Shown here piece after piece: positions 38,712 through 52,510 of a stretch of 64,000 nt of DNA. Below the pieces are notes generated by a model. It ran no database searches and was not told the DNA's origin. It saw only the letters and a program-made list of their open reading frames with translations. A program made the translations under genes and the position numbers. The DNA comes from Octopus vulgaris. Taxonomy: Eukaryota. The stretch lies in assembly GCA_951406725.2 (NCBI GenBank), contig OX597817.1:76694001-76758000 (forward strand), read 5' to 3'. Each line of letters starts with the position of its first letter. The stretch's first letter is position 1.

Positions 38712-39277
38712 GATAGATAGATATATATATAGAGAGAGAAAGGGAGAGCGAGAGGAAAGCTATACAGATATATGCACTCATACATGCATATACATATATA
38801 AGTATATGTGTGTGTGTGTGAGTATACGTGTGTGTGTTGTTATGTATGTATTGAACATATATATAGGGAGCAGCCTCTTAAACATTTAAATTGAAAACAT
38901 GTCTCTCTGTAATTTTCAAACTTGTGCACAGTTATGTTTTCATTCTAGTATGTTTAAAATGAAACCATTTAATTTCGTCGAAATAATCATCCAGGAAAGG
39001 CTCCGATTACTGGAAGCATGACATACTATTTCCGACCCGGAACGTTTACCAAGCAAGAATTTCAGATTTAACAAGAAATACTTTAACGAGTGTGCTATTA
39101 TAAAGAACAAAACTTCTTAAATCTTAAAAAAGAAACATAACAGGGAAATTTAGATATGTGTGACAGCAACACATTTAATGAGTTGCTTCGGTAATGTTAA
39201 ACATAAAATTTCTGTAAAAGGAGCGGAAGCTATAATACTTTCTCACAGATATACAAAAATTACCTTCTCAGTCAAGT

Positions 39278-39500
39278 CGACTCATAATGACTGACTTCAT
39301 GGTTTTATGGCGTATAAATTCCCTATCTAGACGGGACGGCGGTCCGTCACAGGGTTACTCACCTTTGCCAGCTGAGTGGATTGGAGGAACGTGAAATGAA
39401 ATGTTTTGCTATATAACATAACGCATCATCCGGTCCAGGAATCGAAACCACAACCTTACAATTATGAGTCCAATACTCTAAACACTAAAACACGGATCTC
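39278..39500 (-). mobile_element. SINE family C copy
   Basis: ccagctgagtggattggaggaacgtgaaatg...ggtccaggaatcgaaaccaca is the reverse complement of 30430-30600. Confidence 0.8.
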
Positions 39501-40169
39501 CAACAGATATGAAAATGCATGATTCATGCCACGTACAGGAAAATCTAGTAAACAGGTGTATGGCGATTTTTACCAAAGGCTTTTCGTCAAGTTGTTTATA
39601 GAAAGAGGACAAATATAGGAAGGTGTGTTTAATGGTTTACATAAAAAAATCAACACTAGATTTCAACTGTAAACTCGCTATAGTTTGTGAAACTGTTTAC
39701 AGTACCTGAGACACTGTGAGAGAATCTGCGTAATCCAGCATCACCATGTAAACTACATTGTAATAAGTAGTTTATTCGTCCAGAAGAGTAGAGACATTTT
39801 ATAGATAATGATAGAGTATGCAGAAAGAAGAAACAGTTAGACTGCACATGAGCAGGAATTGCATATTGATAAGAAATTCTTCGCGTATTGCCGTACTATC
39901 ATGAGTAGTAACACATTGACTATCCGATCATTGTCCTGAAATTTCGAGCTTTTTATATTTAGTTCCAATTTTCGAAATGGTATAAAAATTCATTGGACAC
40001 GTGGGGTCTGAAATCATTTCATATTACCTCAGATACTCATTGCAGTTTACAAAGAGAATCAGCTCTAGCTTCCGGCAACAAATGCGCTATGTGAAACTTT
40101 CCTCAAATTTGAGGTACAAGCAGAACTGAGAAATTGCGTAATATGGTAATACACAGAGATCTTCGATTT

Positions 40170-40400
40170 ATAATAATGATAATAATGAAATTATTCTATA
40201 CAGTGCTCAGGTGCACCACAACTTGTCAAAAGTGCGTATAAAGCATATGCAGTAATGTACAAATGTCTGGGAAATGAAAAGTGTATGAGTCAGATACATG
40301 CTTGCGTGTGTATGGAAGGGAGAAAATCAGGAAGCATGGAAGTTTTGAAGGATGCAGTGCTCCGACAACTAACAGTTGATACCGGCAGTTTGTTCCATGT
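40170..40400 (-). mobile_element. 3' end of a second CR1-type LINE
   Basis: Minus-strand WNKLPVSTVSCRSTASFKTSMLPDF (CR1 WN.LP...V......FK motif), then a 3'UTR and (ATT)-rich tail. Confidence 0.8.
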
Positions 40401-41807
40401 GATGGTTTACTATACGACTTTTGTCTTGTCAACGTTTGTCTTGATCGTTGTCTCTTGCAACGATCAGAACAGTGAAATTTTTGCCAGTTGTTTGAGTGAA
40501 TGTATTTTGGAATTGATAAAGAATGTATGAACAAAGGACGTAGATAAATGTACTTTAGTACTATTACTCTATCAAAAGATTTTTACCAAAGCTTTTGAGA
40601 CGTTGAGCAGTGTTTGTCCTTAATGTGCATAAGCAGGCAGATCCATCCAGAACTACTTCCACCTTAACCAACTTATAGTTACTCTTGTTGTTTAGGTGTT
40701 TAACCTTAATGGAATAGATGTATGTATAGGGAGCACCTGTTAAACATTTAAATTGGAAACATGGAAAAAGGCATTTCACCAGATCTATTTCTTTTTTCAG
40801 ATAGGCCTGAAACCTCCAATATATTTTTCTATCTTAAGATATAACTGAAAGACATTTTGTTGCTATTTCTAAAAAGAGGAAGCACAAAATTTTCCTTCGT
40901 CGGTTCGAGTAGCATACAGTAGAGAGTCTGTGGAGTAGTTCTCGTTTCGGTAGAATCCATGGCCACTTGTAACTGATCGGAGTTTGTCAAATTAGTTGAG
41001 CCCAGGCACTCAACGATAACGTTTTACCTACTCCAAAAACTTGAAATGAAAGACTATTCCAAGTTGTATGAAATTACAGAAGCAGTAAATCCAGTTTTGT
41101 CATCGTATGTATGAAACCTACATTCCAATTACAATAATGAACGTGTGAATATTGTTTCGCTGTGAGGTTTTAAAGAGCGTTCGTTGTTTTTTCTCACGAC
41201 AATTGTATTAACTAGCAGCACGATTTCATGAGAACGAGTGGACGAGGAAACCGATGCGTATTACTCGATCGTTTAGAAATAGCAGATAAATCTCATTCAC
41301 ATCACTCTCTATCTTAAATTGGGTAAAGTAATCTTAGATGTACGGTGCATAAATCCTCTCCAAAATCGACGGAATTGCCATGATTTTATTAACTTCACTT
41401 CCAGGTTTTCTAATTTAGAAATTAACAGGAGAACGAACGAGTATGTGAGATAATACGAAGTGATTTTAGAGTTTACCACTCCTAAGAATTCTTTACCATT
41501 TTTTTGAAAATTGGGACTAAATGTTTTAAGTGCAACATGAGAGGATATAAATGGCGTGGTAAATGTGTTTATAGTAAAGAGAACATGGTAATACACGAAG
41601 AATTTCTCACCAATGTGCAATTCCTGATGGCTCGCAAACTGTTTCATTTCTCTGTATCTTGAGTCTCTACCAACAAATATGTTCACTAATAATCTGTTTA
41701 ACACTAGCACCTCCTTATTGATATGCATGCATGCATTAAAAAAGCACACACATACACGCACACACACACAAATATATGTGCGTCTATTTGAAAATACATA
41801 TTTTTCA

Positions 41808-42356
41808 TTATTTTTATGCTACAATTTTGTTTCCAAATAAATTCGTTTAATTTTGTTTTCAAATTTTGGCACAACGCCACTAGTTTCCTGAGAGAGGGTA
41901 TGTCGATTAAATCGACCCAGCCCTCAACTGGCGCTTAATTTATCGGCTACGAAATGATAAAAGACAAAGTCGAGTTCGGCGGAATCTGAATCCAGAAGGT
42001 AAAGATGAAATGATGTTAAGCATTTTTCCCGGCGTGCTAACGATTCTGCCAGCACGCTGCCTCAAAACTATGCTTTTGATATCACCTTTACTATTAAAGG
42101 GACGAGCTCGCAGAATCGTAACCGCACCGGAAAAAATGTATAGCGATATTTCTTCCGATATTACGTTATGAATTCAAATGTCGTCGGGGTGTAGTTTGTC
42201 TTAAATCCAATCAGGATCGATAAAATATGTACCAGTTGATCACTATCATCGATGTAATCGACTTAACCCCTCCCCTGAAATAGCTGGCTTTGTGCCAAGA
42301 GTTTGAAACCAATATTATAAATATATTTGAAAAAAGAATTGTAGCATAAAAATAAA
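41808..42356. repeat. Foldback of two head-to-head SINE B copies plus mirrored flanks
   Basis: B(-) at 41855-42062 and B(+) at 42095-42310; flank ttatttttatgctacaatt is mirrored as aattgtagcataaaaataa. Confidence 0.8.
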
Positions 42357-42627
42357 GACACACACACACATGCACACATATCTTTGCTATTTTCTTGTAA
42401 ATAGGTTTATGCATACATAAAGACACGCATATGTATACATTTATGTAAATATATATGTATACATTTTATATGTATTAAAGAAGTTGCAATGAAACTTTTA
42501 GAAATGAAAAAATAAGTGAATGGAAATTGAACCGGTAAGTGTGTTAATTAATAAGGCATTGAAACAGAATGACTCTCCCTAGACACAGCGATATATATAT
42601 ATATACATACATACATTCATACATATA

Positions 42628-42685
<58 letters not shown>

Positions 42686-42697
42686 TATATATATATA

Positions 42698-43270
42698 TAC
42701 AAAAATTCTATAATTATGAGCATAATTATAATTTGAATCACCACATACCGAAATTTAGAAATAGCAGTTAAAATACTATTCTACTACCATAAGATATCTC
42801 CCAGACAGCAATACTGCACGTAAAGAGAAAAAATAACGAATCCACCCGGCATTGATTAACTGTATACGCGTTTCGAGGTTAAAGAGATGTAAAAAGATGT
42901 AAAATCATATTTCTACTCACTTATTCCCTTTATCAGTACAGTATTTCAAATTTTAAATTTGAGAGCACTGATAATTAACATACGTACTAGACCAAGCGCC
43001 ATCGAATAGCATATATCCAAAAACCAGTACTTCCGAATTCAAACAGACGAATGTGATCTCGCTTTGCTCCTCAATCACCCACGTGCTACGAGAAATTCAG
43101 CAAAAACTGCAGTTTACTATCAGGGAGTGAATTATATTATCAACAATAATAAAGGGTAAAATTAATTAATCAATTAATAATTAATAATTTTACCAAGTAA
43201 TTCGGTATGTTAAAAGAATCATTATCGGTAAACTTATACAAAAATTCTATAATTATGAGCATAATTAATT
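42698..43270 (-). mobile_element. Non-coding Penelope-like/retrozyme-like element (~539-bp period)
   Basis: caaaaattctataattatgagcataatta at 42700 and 43239; starts at (TA)n; contains a hammerhead motif. Confidence 0.6.
42859..42942 (-). ncRNA. Degenerate type I minimal hammerhead ribozyme
   Basis: Minus strand: ACUGUA-CUGAUAA-AGGG...CCUC-GAAA-CGCG-UA-UACAGU. Perfect 6-bp stem I and palindromic ACGCGU stem III; G8 is mutated to A. Confidence 0.7.
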
Positions 43271-44104
43271 ACATATGATTCCTTTTGTTATAGCAAATTT
43301 GGCTTACAGCTGTTTCCAGTAGACATTATAGATAGGTTTACCCAATCGGTCTATTGATCAATTGAAGAAAATTGAAAAACTTAAGAAAATTAATGATGCC
43401 TTCGTCGGAGCCATTGTCGGAAATAACAAACAGAGCACTTGACACAGTCATGGCGAAAATTTGCAACATAGGTCTGAAAATTTGAATCTTTATATATTAA
43501 ATGACCAAAGTTATATTAAAAGTAAGCAATTTGGTCTAGAACTATGTTTTTTATTTTACTTATTTTTTCTTCGAGATAGTGAATCATTGGATCGGTTTTT
43601 AGGTAAGTATATCTCTACGTTGTATATATTTGAATCGAATTCTACTTGGCCATAACAATTTCGATTTTTTAAAAAATGTTCCAAAGTTTAGGCCACGACT
43701 GTACACACACACACACACATACACACACACATTCACACACTCATTCACAAACACACATTCAGACACATAATTATATTATCTCTATATATTCTAGAAAAAG
43801 GATTAGGGAATATTGTTTCAGAAAAATGGCACAATATAATGGTGAGTCTATTCAATTGTCCAGGTTTGCTTGTTTCAATTGCTCGGACTGGCCCGGTGGC
43901 ATTTAACACGAATGACAGTGCAATTGAGCAACAGTCATAGAATCCTTGCCTGTCAGGATGGGGTAGTCAATGAATGTAATGGGGTTGAGGGTGAGGATTG
44001 CAGGGCGAAGGGTAGAAAAGTAGGATAGGAATAGTGAATGGAGAAGACGAGATGTAGATTGATACGAAGATTTAGTTATGGACTAATACAACTCTTCTCG
44101 GTTT

Positions 44105-44210
44105 AGGTGTGTGGCGTAGTGGCTAGGATGTTGCACACACGATGTAGTAATCGTGGGTTCGTTTTCCGGACCAAGCGGCGCGCTGTGTTCTTGAGCAAAG
44201 CACTTCATTG
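44105..44210 (+). mobile_element. SINE family C, 5' part
   Basis: gtggcgtagtggctagg...gggttcgttttccggacc...tgtgttcttgagcaaagcacttcatt. Confidence 0.75.
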
Positions 44211-45519
44211 CTCTTTTTCATAAAACGATGCAAAATGCATTGTTACCAGTGATGTATAACATCTGATATCCTGGTCGATCACGTAATTACATGATAACTC
44301 TGCAATACCGCACTTCCATCAATTTAAAAAGGCACTCCCTGTGTATCTTGCCGAAACTCTTGATTACAGATGGGTAATTATTTTCTGATTGGAGAGAAGT
44401 GTACTCTTTAATAAAGACAGTATTAAGATGAGTTACATCTTCATCAAAAACTTCTCTGACTTCATAGCCAGTATGAACTGATGAAATATTTTTAGTACGG
44501 AATGCACAAACTCTCCTATTTGTAATTTCAGTAATCGTAATATGTATTTTCTCAAAGATATGTGCCTTTCTTAGCATTTCATAAAGATATCCATTGTAGA
44601 TAAATGATACAAATAGATATATTTGGCTTAGTGATATTTTCTTTAAGAAAATCATTCTCTTATATATACGTTCAGAGACTTAGAAAGATGTTACACTACT
44701 TTACTATCTAAATATATCTGGAATTTAAAGGATAATATCATTACGAATTTTAGAAAATAGATTAATTCGTTATGGAATATGTATTTCTTAACACTATTGG
44801 CTTTTGAATGTAAGGCAGCTGTCTCCAATTACACCTTTTGCAATTTTGAAAAAAGAATCGCAATGACGAGTTCTTACGTATACTATTTACTTATCAAATA
44901 ACTTCTACTTATCAATAGACTAAAATAGCTTATTTGTTTCATAATAGATAATGTGTATCCTGTATGATGAGCGCATGAGTAAGTAACATTCTAATTATTC
45001 AATATCACTTAAACTTCATTAACAGTGGTTGCTTTCCTTGCGTATGTATGTATGTATGTATGTATGTATGTATGTATGTATGTATGTATGTATGTATGTA
45101 TGTACGTATGTATGTATGTATGTGTTTATTGTGTTTATCTATATATTATCAACGACATGACGCATCGCGTCTTGAGCAAACGAAAATATCACACAGCATA
45201 AGCATGACACAGCGTGACAAGCTGTTTATTTTAGATGCATGTATTGACCAGCCTTCAGGCTGATCCCATACCGTTTCCATCAAACCATTTTCACAAAGTT
45301 TCGATTGAGCAAGACGCCACACAATGGGGTCGAAATACTCGTTAAGGTAACCACAAGAACTTCCCAGCTAGTCGGTCAGGCCTATGTCTACAACGACAAA
45401 CTACAACCCGGCAACTCCACTAAAACAACCACTACCACCTACTAACGACTTCCAGTACATCATTCACAGCAAAGAGATCGCCCCATTGTAAGAATCCCTA
45501 ATCTGTCATTCCACCACAT

Positions 45520-45957
45520 CACTACGAATGACATCACCATCGCTACCACCAACATCCGAATTTATACTTCTAGTCCACTACCTCAAACACCACTCCTTAT
45601 AACATCTCTACTATACTGGCACCACCATCAACTATACAACGGCTATTATACCGCCGCCACCACTACTACCACTATCAACACCAATAATACAATCAACACC
45701 ATCACCACGACCACCATCACCGCCACTACCATCACCACCACCATTGTTACCAGTAGCACCCTCACCATTATCACTACCACAACCATTACCCTCGCCACGA
45801 CTACGAGCAGCCCCCCTACATCACTATAGTAACAATGACGATATTACCAGAGCCGCGACTTCTTTCACTGGCTACCACTCAACTGCAACACCACTAGTTA
45901 TTTCTACCCTACGACGCAACTACTACCACGACGACGATGACGACCACTACTACTACT

Positions 45958-45990
<33 letters not shown>

Positions 45991-46167
45991 TTTTGGCTGC
46001 TCCTGCAAGTACTTCAGTCCAACAACCAGTTGTAAGGTGCTAGGGGCTGAAGCAAGAGGTAATGCCGTCGTTTATTTTTTAAATGATTCTGCTACTCCTC
46101 CCTCCCTCCTCCTCCTCTTCCTCCTCCTCCTTCTACTACTACTATAACTACAACAACAACAACAACA

Positions 46168-46220
<53 letters not shown>

Positions 46221-46428
46221 TACCACCACCATTCCCACTGGCAGCAACAACTACAACAAATTACAACAGTGATAAGAAACAAAATCATCATCATTGTGAT
46301 CATCTACATCATCATCATCATCATCATCGTCATCAAATGCCGCTACCACAACCACTACCACCTTCACTAGTACTACTATTACCACCACCATAGCCGCCGT
46401 CGCCACCACCACCACTACAACCACTACC

Positions 46429-46473
<45 letters not shown>

Positions 46474-46500
46474 GCTACTGCTGCTGCTGCTGCTACTGCT
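45520..46500. repeat. Degenerate trinucleotide low-complexity tract (ACC/ACT/CAT/CCT/GCT)n
   Basis: Directly visible; in-frame stops are scattered in all frames. Confidence 0.9.
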
Positions 46501-46510
46501 TCTGACTTAC

Positions 46511-46539
46511 TGTGAGATTTTCTACTCAGTGACCCGGCA
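46511..46539 (-). other. Candidate 29-nt micro-exon
   Basis: Minus strand: gaattcttctttcag|TGCCGGGTCACTGAGTAGAAAATCTCACA|gtaagt. Only one frame is open (AGSLSRKSH). Confidence 0.35.
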
Positions 46540-46990
46540 CTGAAAGAAGAATTCACACACTAGCTCTATGGAAAATACATTCCATTATCTTCTATGCATG
46601 ATGCAGAATATTTGTTTGTATATGCACACATGCTCATACACATGTGGATTTACACTTACACACACACACATGCACACACACACACAGAGACACAGACACG
46701 CATACTTAGGTACGCATTCGTATGCATATGTAGATGTGATACCACACAAGTACACAAAAGGAAGATACAGGTATAGACGCAGGCATACATGCTCGCACAC
46801 AGACACACACAAACAAAACACAGCTAGACAAACATACACATACAAAAAAAACTGGTAGACACACACATGCATACACCGTTTTATACAATAGGTGCGTTCA
46901 CGCACACATACACGCGTGCAAACATGCAAACAAATCGATTTGTGTGAGAACGTGCGTACAGTCGTTATACACACACAGACACATAAATTC

Positions 46991-47040
<50 letters not shown>

Positions 47041-47543
47041 GCATTCCCACATACATGCATACATGTATGTATGTATATATGTATATATATATAAATATAT
47101 ATATAAATGTATATATATATACACATATATATATATGTATATTTATATATATATATACAGATATACACGCACACGCACACACACACACATATATATATAT
47201 ATATAGAGATAGATAGACAGATATATATATATATATATATAATAGAGAGAGGGGGGTAATTATGCGGATAAACAAATTAGATACATCTAAATATATTAAA
47301 TATATTAAATACAATTAGTTTATATTACAAAATATGAATATATCTATACATGCAAATTGTGAGAAAGCAAAAGGTGGAGACATTCAGATGATGAATTTTT
47401 TAAGTATAAATATATAAATATTTATATCAATAAGTTTAACTTACAGAGAGTACAAACGACAGAGATGATTAAAGGGGTGAAAGAAAGATGATATACGTTC
47501 AACTGCTGCTTCTGGTGGTTCAGAGATCCATAATAATGTGGAC

Positions 47544-47575
<32 letters not shown>

Positions 47576-47819
47576 GAGAGAGGGAGAGAGAGGGGAGGGA
47601 TAGCTTCAGTTATTTCCGTAAATGTTGAAAAACTTAGATGATTTAACGAAAGCATCTATAATTCACCTTGATACGAATACTACCTGCCAGCGGGCGAGAC
47701 GAATAGATCAATTTTTTGAAAAATTACTGTTAAATCAAATATATCAGTTTACAAAAAATTAATTTAAAATTTATGAAGTCCACCTTCCTCAGCACTATCT
47801 CTCCATATTTACAAAGAAC

Positions 47820-47896
<77 letters not shown>

Positions 47897-47929
47897 TATA
47901 AAAATAAAGAGATTAAGCTCTTTCCCGTG

Positions 47930-48090
47930 TCATATAGACTCATAAAACTTATTTCCTGGCTTCTGTGACATATTTCCACCTTGGACGGGATACCAGTCCA
48001 TCGCAGGATTACTCATTTCTGCCAGCTGAGTGAACTGGAGCAACGTGAAATATGAAGTGTTTTGCTCAAGAACACAACGCATCGTCCGAT
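47930..48090 (-). mobile_element. SINE family C, 3' part
   Basis: tggacgggataccagtccatcgcagg...ccagctgagtgaactggagcaacgtgaaat...tttgctcaagaacacaacgc. Confidence 0.82.
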
Positions 48091-48234
48091 CGATTGATAT
48101 ATATATATATATATATATATGCACATACTACATATGTATATAGTTATATATACATATGTGCGAGTATGTATATATGCGTGTGTGTGTTGATACATACATA
48201 CATACATTATACATACATACATACATACATATAC

Positions 48235-48330
<96 letters not shown>

Positions 48331-49297
48331 TCCTTAAGTTATAAATTATCAGTGGTATAAAAAATCTTTACAATATGAACTGAATTAAGTAAATCTTCTG
48401 GAAAGATATGTCCATATTTTATAAGCGTTTTCGCTGTTTATAACTTTTTGAAGGAACTTGTTATGGAGTGATCTCTCTAAAGGTGGAGGTTTTTAATAAC
48501 GTTGTTTAATATTTCTGACTTAGTTTCGGTTTGAGAATTCTTATAAATTTATCTTCTTTTGCCTTTTATACGAATCATTTTCTCTATTTTGTAAAATGAA
48601 AATATTTTGAATTTTCCGTTTGCACGAATATCTAGAAGTTCATTACATGGAACATTTCTAAAAAATGAATTATTGAATTGTTGCTTATGTATCCTAACCC
48701 ACTTATTTTTGAACTTATATGGCCAATGAAATTCATATTTCATTGCGGGTATGTGATGCAGTAAACGAGATTTTTTACTATGAAATTCATATATGCATTA
48801 GCTTTCAATTCATTCCCATGCTTGAATATTTTGTCTTTGTCCTGTTTACCTGTTTCACATATCCCACAACAAACGACTCTGCATTTTGCTACCTGAATTA
48901 ATTCTTCCTCTAATGTGAATTTTGTCTTTATTACGAATCTTTTAAGATTTGGTGGTTGTCTTTGGCTGTTGGTAATTAGTGGGGATTAGAAGATATCGTT
49001 TGACCGAATGTAAGATAATATGGAAAATTCAAAATACATCGTTTTTCAAAATTAAAAGAAGGCACGATTAATTATGAAAGACAACAAAATAATTCTTTAT
49101 CAGATTGCAAAATCCGAAATTAAACAAAAAATAGTCAACACCACTAGAAATGACAAATTCTTCAATACTTTTTACTAGTGTACATACAAGTATTAGACTT
49201 TTACAAGGGAAAAATTGACAGAGAATTTTATTTTTAAGAATTGTGTTTGAGAGAGAGAGAGAAAATAAGAGAAAGTGTGTGTGTTGTGCATGCATGC

Positions 49298-49340
<43 letters not shown>

Positions 49341-49569
49341 TGAGAGAGAGAGAGAGAGAGTTTGTATGTACGTATATTTTTGCGTTTGGTATTGTTACTC
49401 ACTTTGTTGACAACAACGACAAATGTAATTGATAAATGATTCTTTACTATAATATGTGACTTTGTGCTTTAATTACAAAGTTTAACATTGAGGCCACTTA
49501 GAAACTACTTCTTGAAGAAGGGCTGGGAAATGAAATGGAAGGCAAAATAGCTTATATATTTCACTTGTG

Positions 49570-50000
49570 TTACCGAGCCGGTAGAATGTTTAGGGCGCCG
49601 GAAAAATACTTTGTGGTATTTATCCGTGCGCTTTACATTCTGAATTCAAACTCTGCTGAGATAACTTCCCCTTTCATCCTTTTGGGGTCAATATATATTG
49701 ATTCCCATTTGTGCCGTAGATGTAATCGATTAACTTCCATTTAATAAAATTGCTGAATTTGTGCCTAAATTAGAAACCATTATTTAGTTCTGTTTGGTGA
49801 GGAGACAGAGTCTTTGAGACAGGAAAAACTGCAGCATTTGTTCCGTCTCTTTGCATTTTAAGTTCAAAACTCTTGCAAATCAACTTTGCTTTTAATCCTT
49901 CCAGGGTCGATAAGAAAAGAGTAACTAGTCAAGTATTGGAGATGGTGGTATCAATTAACCCCCTTCTTTCAAACATTCTGACATTGTGCTGAAACAGGAG
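49570..50000 (+). mobile_element. Two diverged SINE family B copies
   Basis: ttcatccttttggggtcaat and tttaatccttccagggtcgataa modules. Confidence 0.7.
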
Positions 50001-50649
50001 CAATTGCTCAGTTGTGTTCCTTTACGCTCGGCGTTTTAAACACCGGTGTCCCTTTCCCTATTTTCTATCGGGGTCCCTAAGATTGATATAATCATTTATA
50101 CTGATACAGCAAAAACTGTTTGCTATTGTGGAACTGCTGGAAACTTCATTTGTAACATTATTTTCCCTGTCACAGCATTCATGCGTTTGAATATCACTCT
50201 TTGGAACGAAATCGGTGAAGGCACATGGTTACTGGTTTGGGTAATTGGATTATGATATGTCGTAGATTCAATACCTGTTTTCTCAGTTGAAAATGAGTAC
50301 CAGCATGGGATAGGTCACCGGGTAAAAGGGTAGAAAAAAACGAGAGCTTGAATTTTTTCGCGACTATGTAGATATCTAAAAGAGTTATCGAATGTACGAT
50401 ATGATATTACCAGGTCATACTCGTACTCGGTTGACGGCTCGTTCTCTCGAGAAGGAAATCAATGAAAACCCAATCGAACTCTTTAACATAACAAAACGTA
50501 TTTTTGTCTTGTGTGTGCCATAGAAAAACTAAACTATAGAGGAATAATTGAATCATAACTAAAATATTTAATATAGCGAAGCAACGCGGCTGAAGATGTT
50601 TATATCGGCTATTATATTTGTATATTTGGTTTGTTGAACAATTGATATT

Positions 50650-50835
50650 GTTTTCAAATTTTGCCACAAGGCCAGGAAGTTCATTACAGGAAGGCTAGTC
50701 CATTACACCGACACCAGTACTCAACTGGTGCTTATCTTATCGACCCCGAAATAATGAAAGGTAAAGTGGACCTCGGCGGAATTTGTACTAAGCATTCTGC
50801 CCGGCGTGCTAAGGAATCTGCCAGTTCACTGCCTT
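50650..50835 (-). mobile_element. SINE family B copy
   Basis: tatcgaccccgaaataatgaaaggtaaagtggacctcggcggaattt...tctgccagttcactgcc. Confidence 0.85.
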
Positions 50836-52422
50836 CCTGAAGATTTGAAATTATGTAAAAATTATTTCAATTGAAATTAATATTTCATGATGTAAAATTT
50901 CCTTGCTGTTTTGAACTGACGAACAAACTTTATTTATGGGTTATATCGACTAGATCCCTTCAAAACATATTCATATGTAAGAAAGCATAGTTTTCGTCAT
51001 TGGTTGGACAGTCAAACTTCTTTTCTTCGCAATTTACCCACTGTTGATATTGTATTATTGAAATGTAAATTTTACAAAATAAACACAAAAATTCTTGATT
51101 AAGGAATACATTACAATATATCTATAAATGTTTAGAGGAATTAATATATGATTTTTATGTTAATTCTTTTTTAATGGTTGTATTCATATATTTAATTCAT
51201 TTACATCTAGACTTACTGACAGCAAATCTTTATTCGGTGATGATTTAGTATTGTTGTTGTTGTTTTTTTTTATGTGTTTGTTGTTTAACAGCAAGTCGTG
51301 CCTGATTGAGCAGAACTATGATCAAATATGTTCCAGTTTCGTTTTCCATTTTTTCACTTCCCGTTTTATTATTTTCACTTTCTGTCAAAAACCACATTAT
51401 CTAATGTCTGCTTCCTTTTAAAGGTGATGAGGTGTAATATGAGAGAAGAATTGGTTATTATTTTCTCAACTTGGGCAACCATATAAAAGGATTCCTCATT
51501 GATTCGACTCTTATTATCCACACTCAAAATATCAAACAACAGAACTAAGGTTTTGGAAACTGTCATGACATTCTCAAAGAGAAGTCCTTTTTAGTAAATC
51601 TCTTTACTACAACATCCCATTGTTGTAGTAAACGCTCTAAACTAGATTATTTACTCACAGTTAACAGAATTCACAATCCGATTATAATTCTCACCCGTTA
51701 ATATTTCATCCATCCGCTTTACATACACAATGGTCTCAAGAATATATGAAATTCGTATTGTTATTTCTTTGTGCAATAAATATTAATCCCTTTAACGATT
51801 TATACAAGCGGAAATATCTCAATAGTTATGAAGTTCATCTGGTAATCACGTGGTTCTACTACTTGACCCTTTAGTGCATTTTTGTGCTCCAGAGATGAAA
51901 CAACGGAAGGACAAGTAAAAAGGAAGTAGGGAAAAAAGAATACAGAGGGTTAATCAATCTGGATACAAATGTGAAATGGCGCAAAAATAATTCCGGTTTG
52001 TTATGCCTGTTAAGGATGACAGAGGATGCCAAATTGCTTTGCCCCAATGGCACGGAAAACCTCTGTTACTGCACTTGCTGTAGTACATTCTGTTTGAGAA
52101 ATACCTCTGAGTTATAGTGTCTTCATCCATTTCCCTATTATGTATGTATGTATGTTTGTATGTATGTGTGTGTGTACGTACGGATCTATCTATCTATCTA
52201 TCTGTCTATCTATCTATCGATCGATCGATCGTCTGTCTATCCTTCTATCTGTCCATCTTGAACAAAATTTATATGAGATGGCATTACAACATTGTTCTTA
52301 AGGAAAGTAAGAACAATGAAACAAAAAAACTTCAATTAATTTTTCCCTATGACATTCTTTTGTGGATTCAATCAAGTACACGCACACTGACAAATATATA
52401 CACAAACATACAGATACATAAC

Positions 52423-52510
<88 letters not shown>

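Noticed and set aside
44287-44655. 122-aa minus-strand ORF as a host exon
   Set aside because: No clear splice context or domain. SFGKIHRECLFKLM faintly recalls an RT KAFD motif, so it is at most a decayed LINE.
45744-46043. Pro/Thr-rich ORF resembling a mucin
   Set aside because: Degenerate (ACC/ACT)n low-complexity DNA without coding signals.
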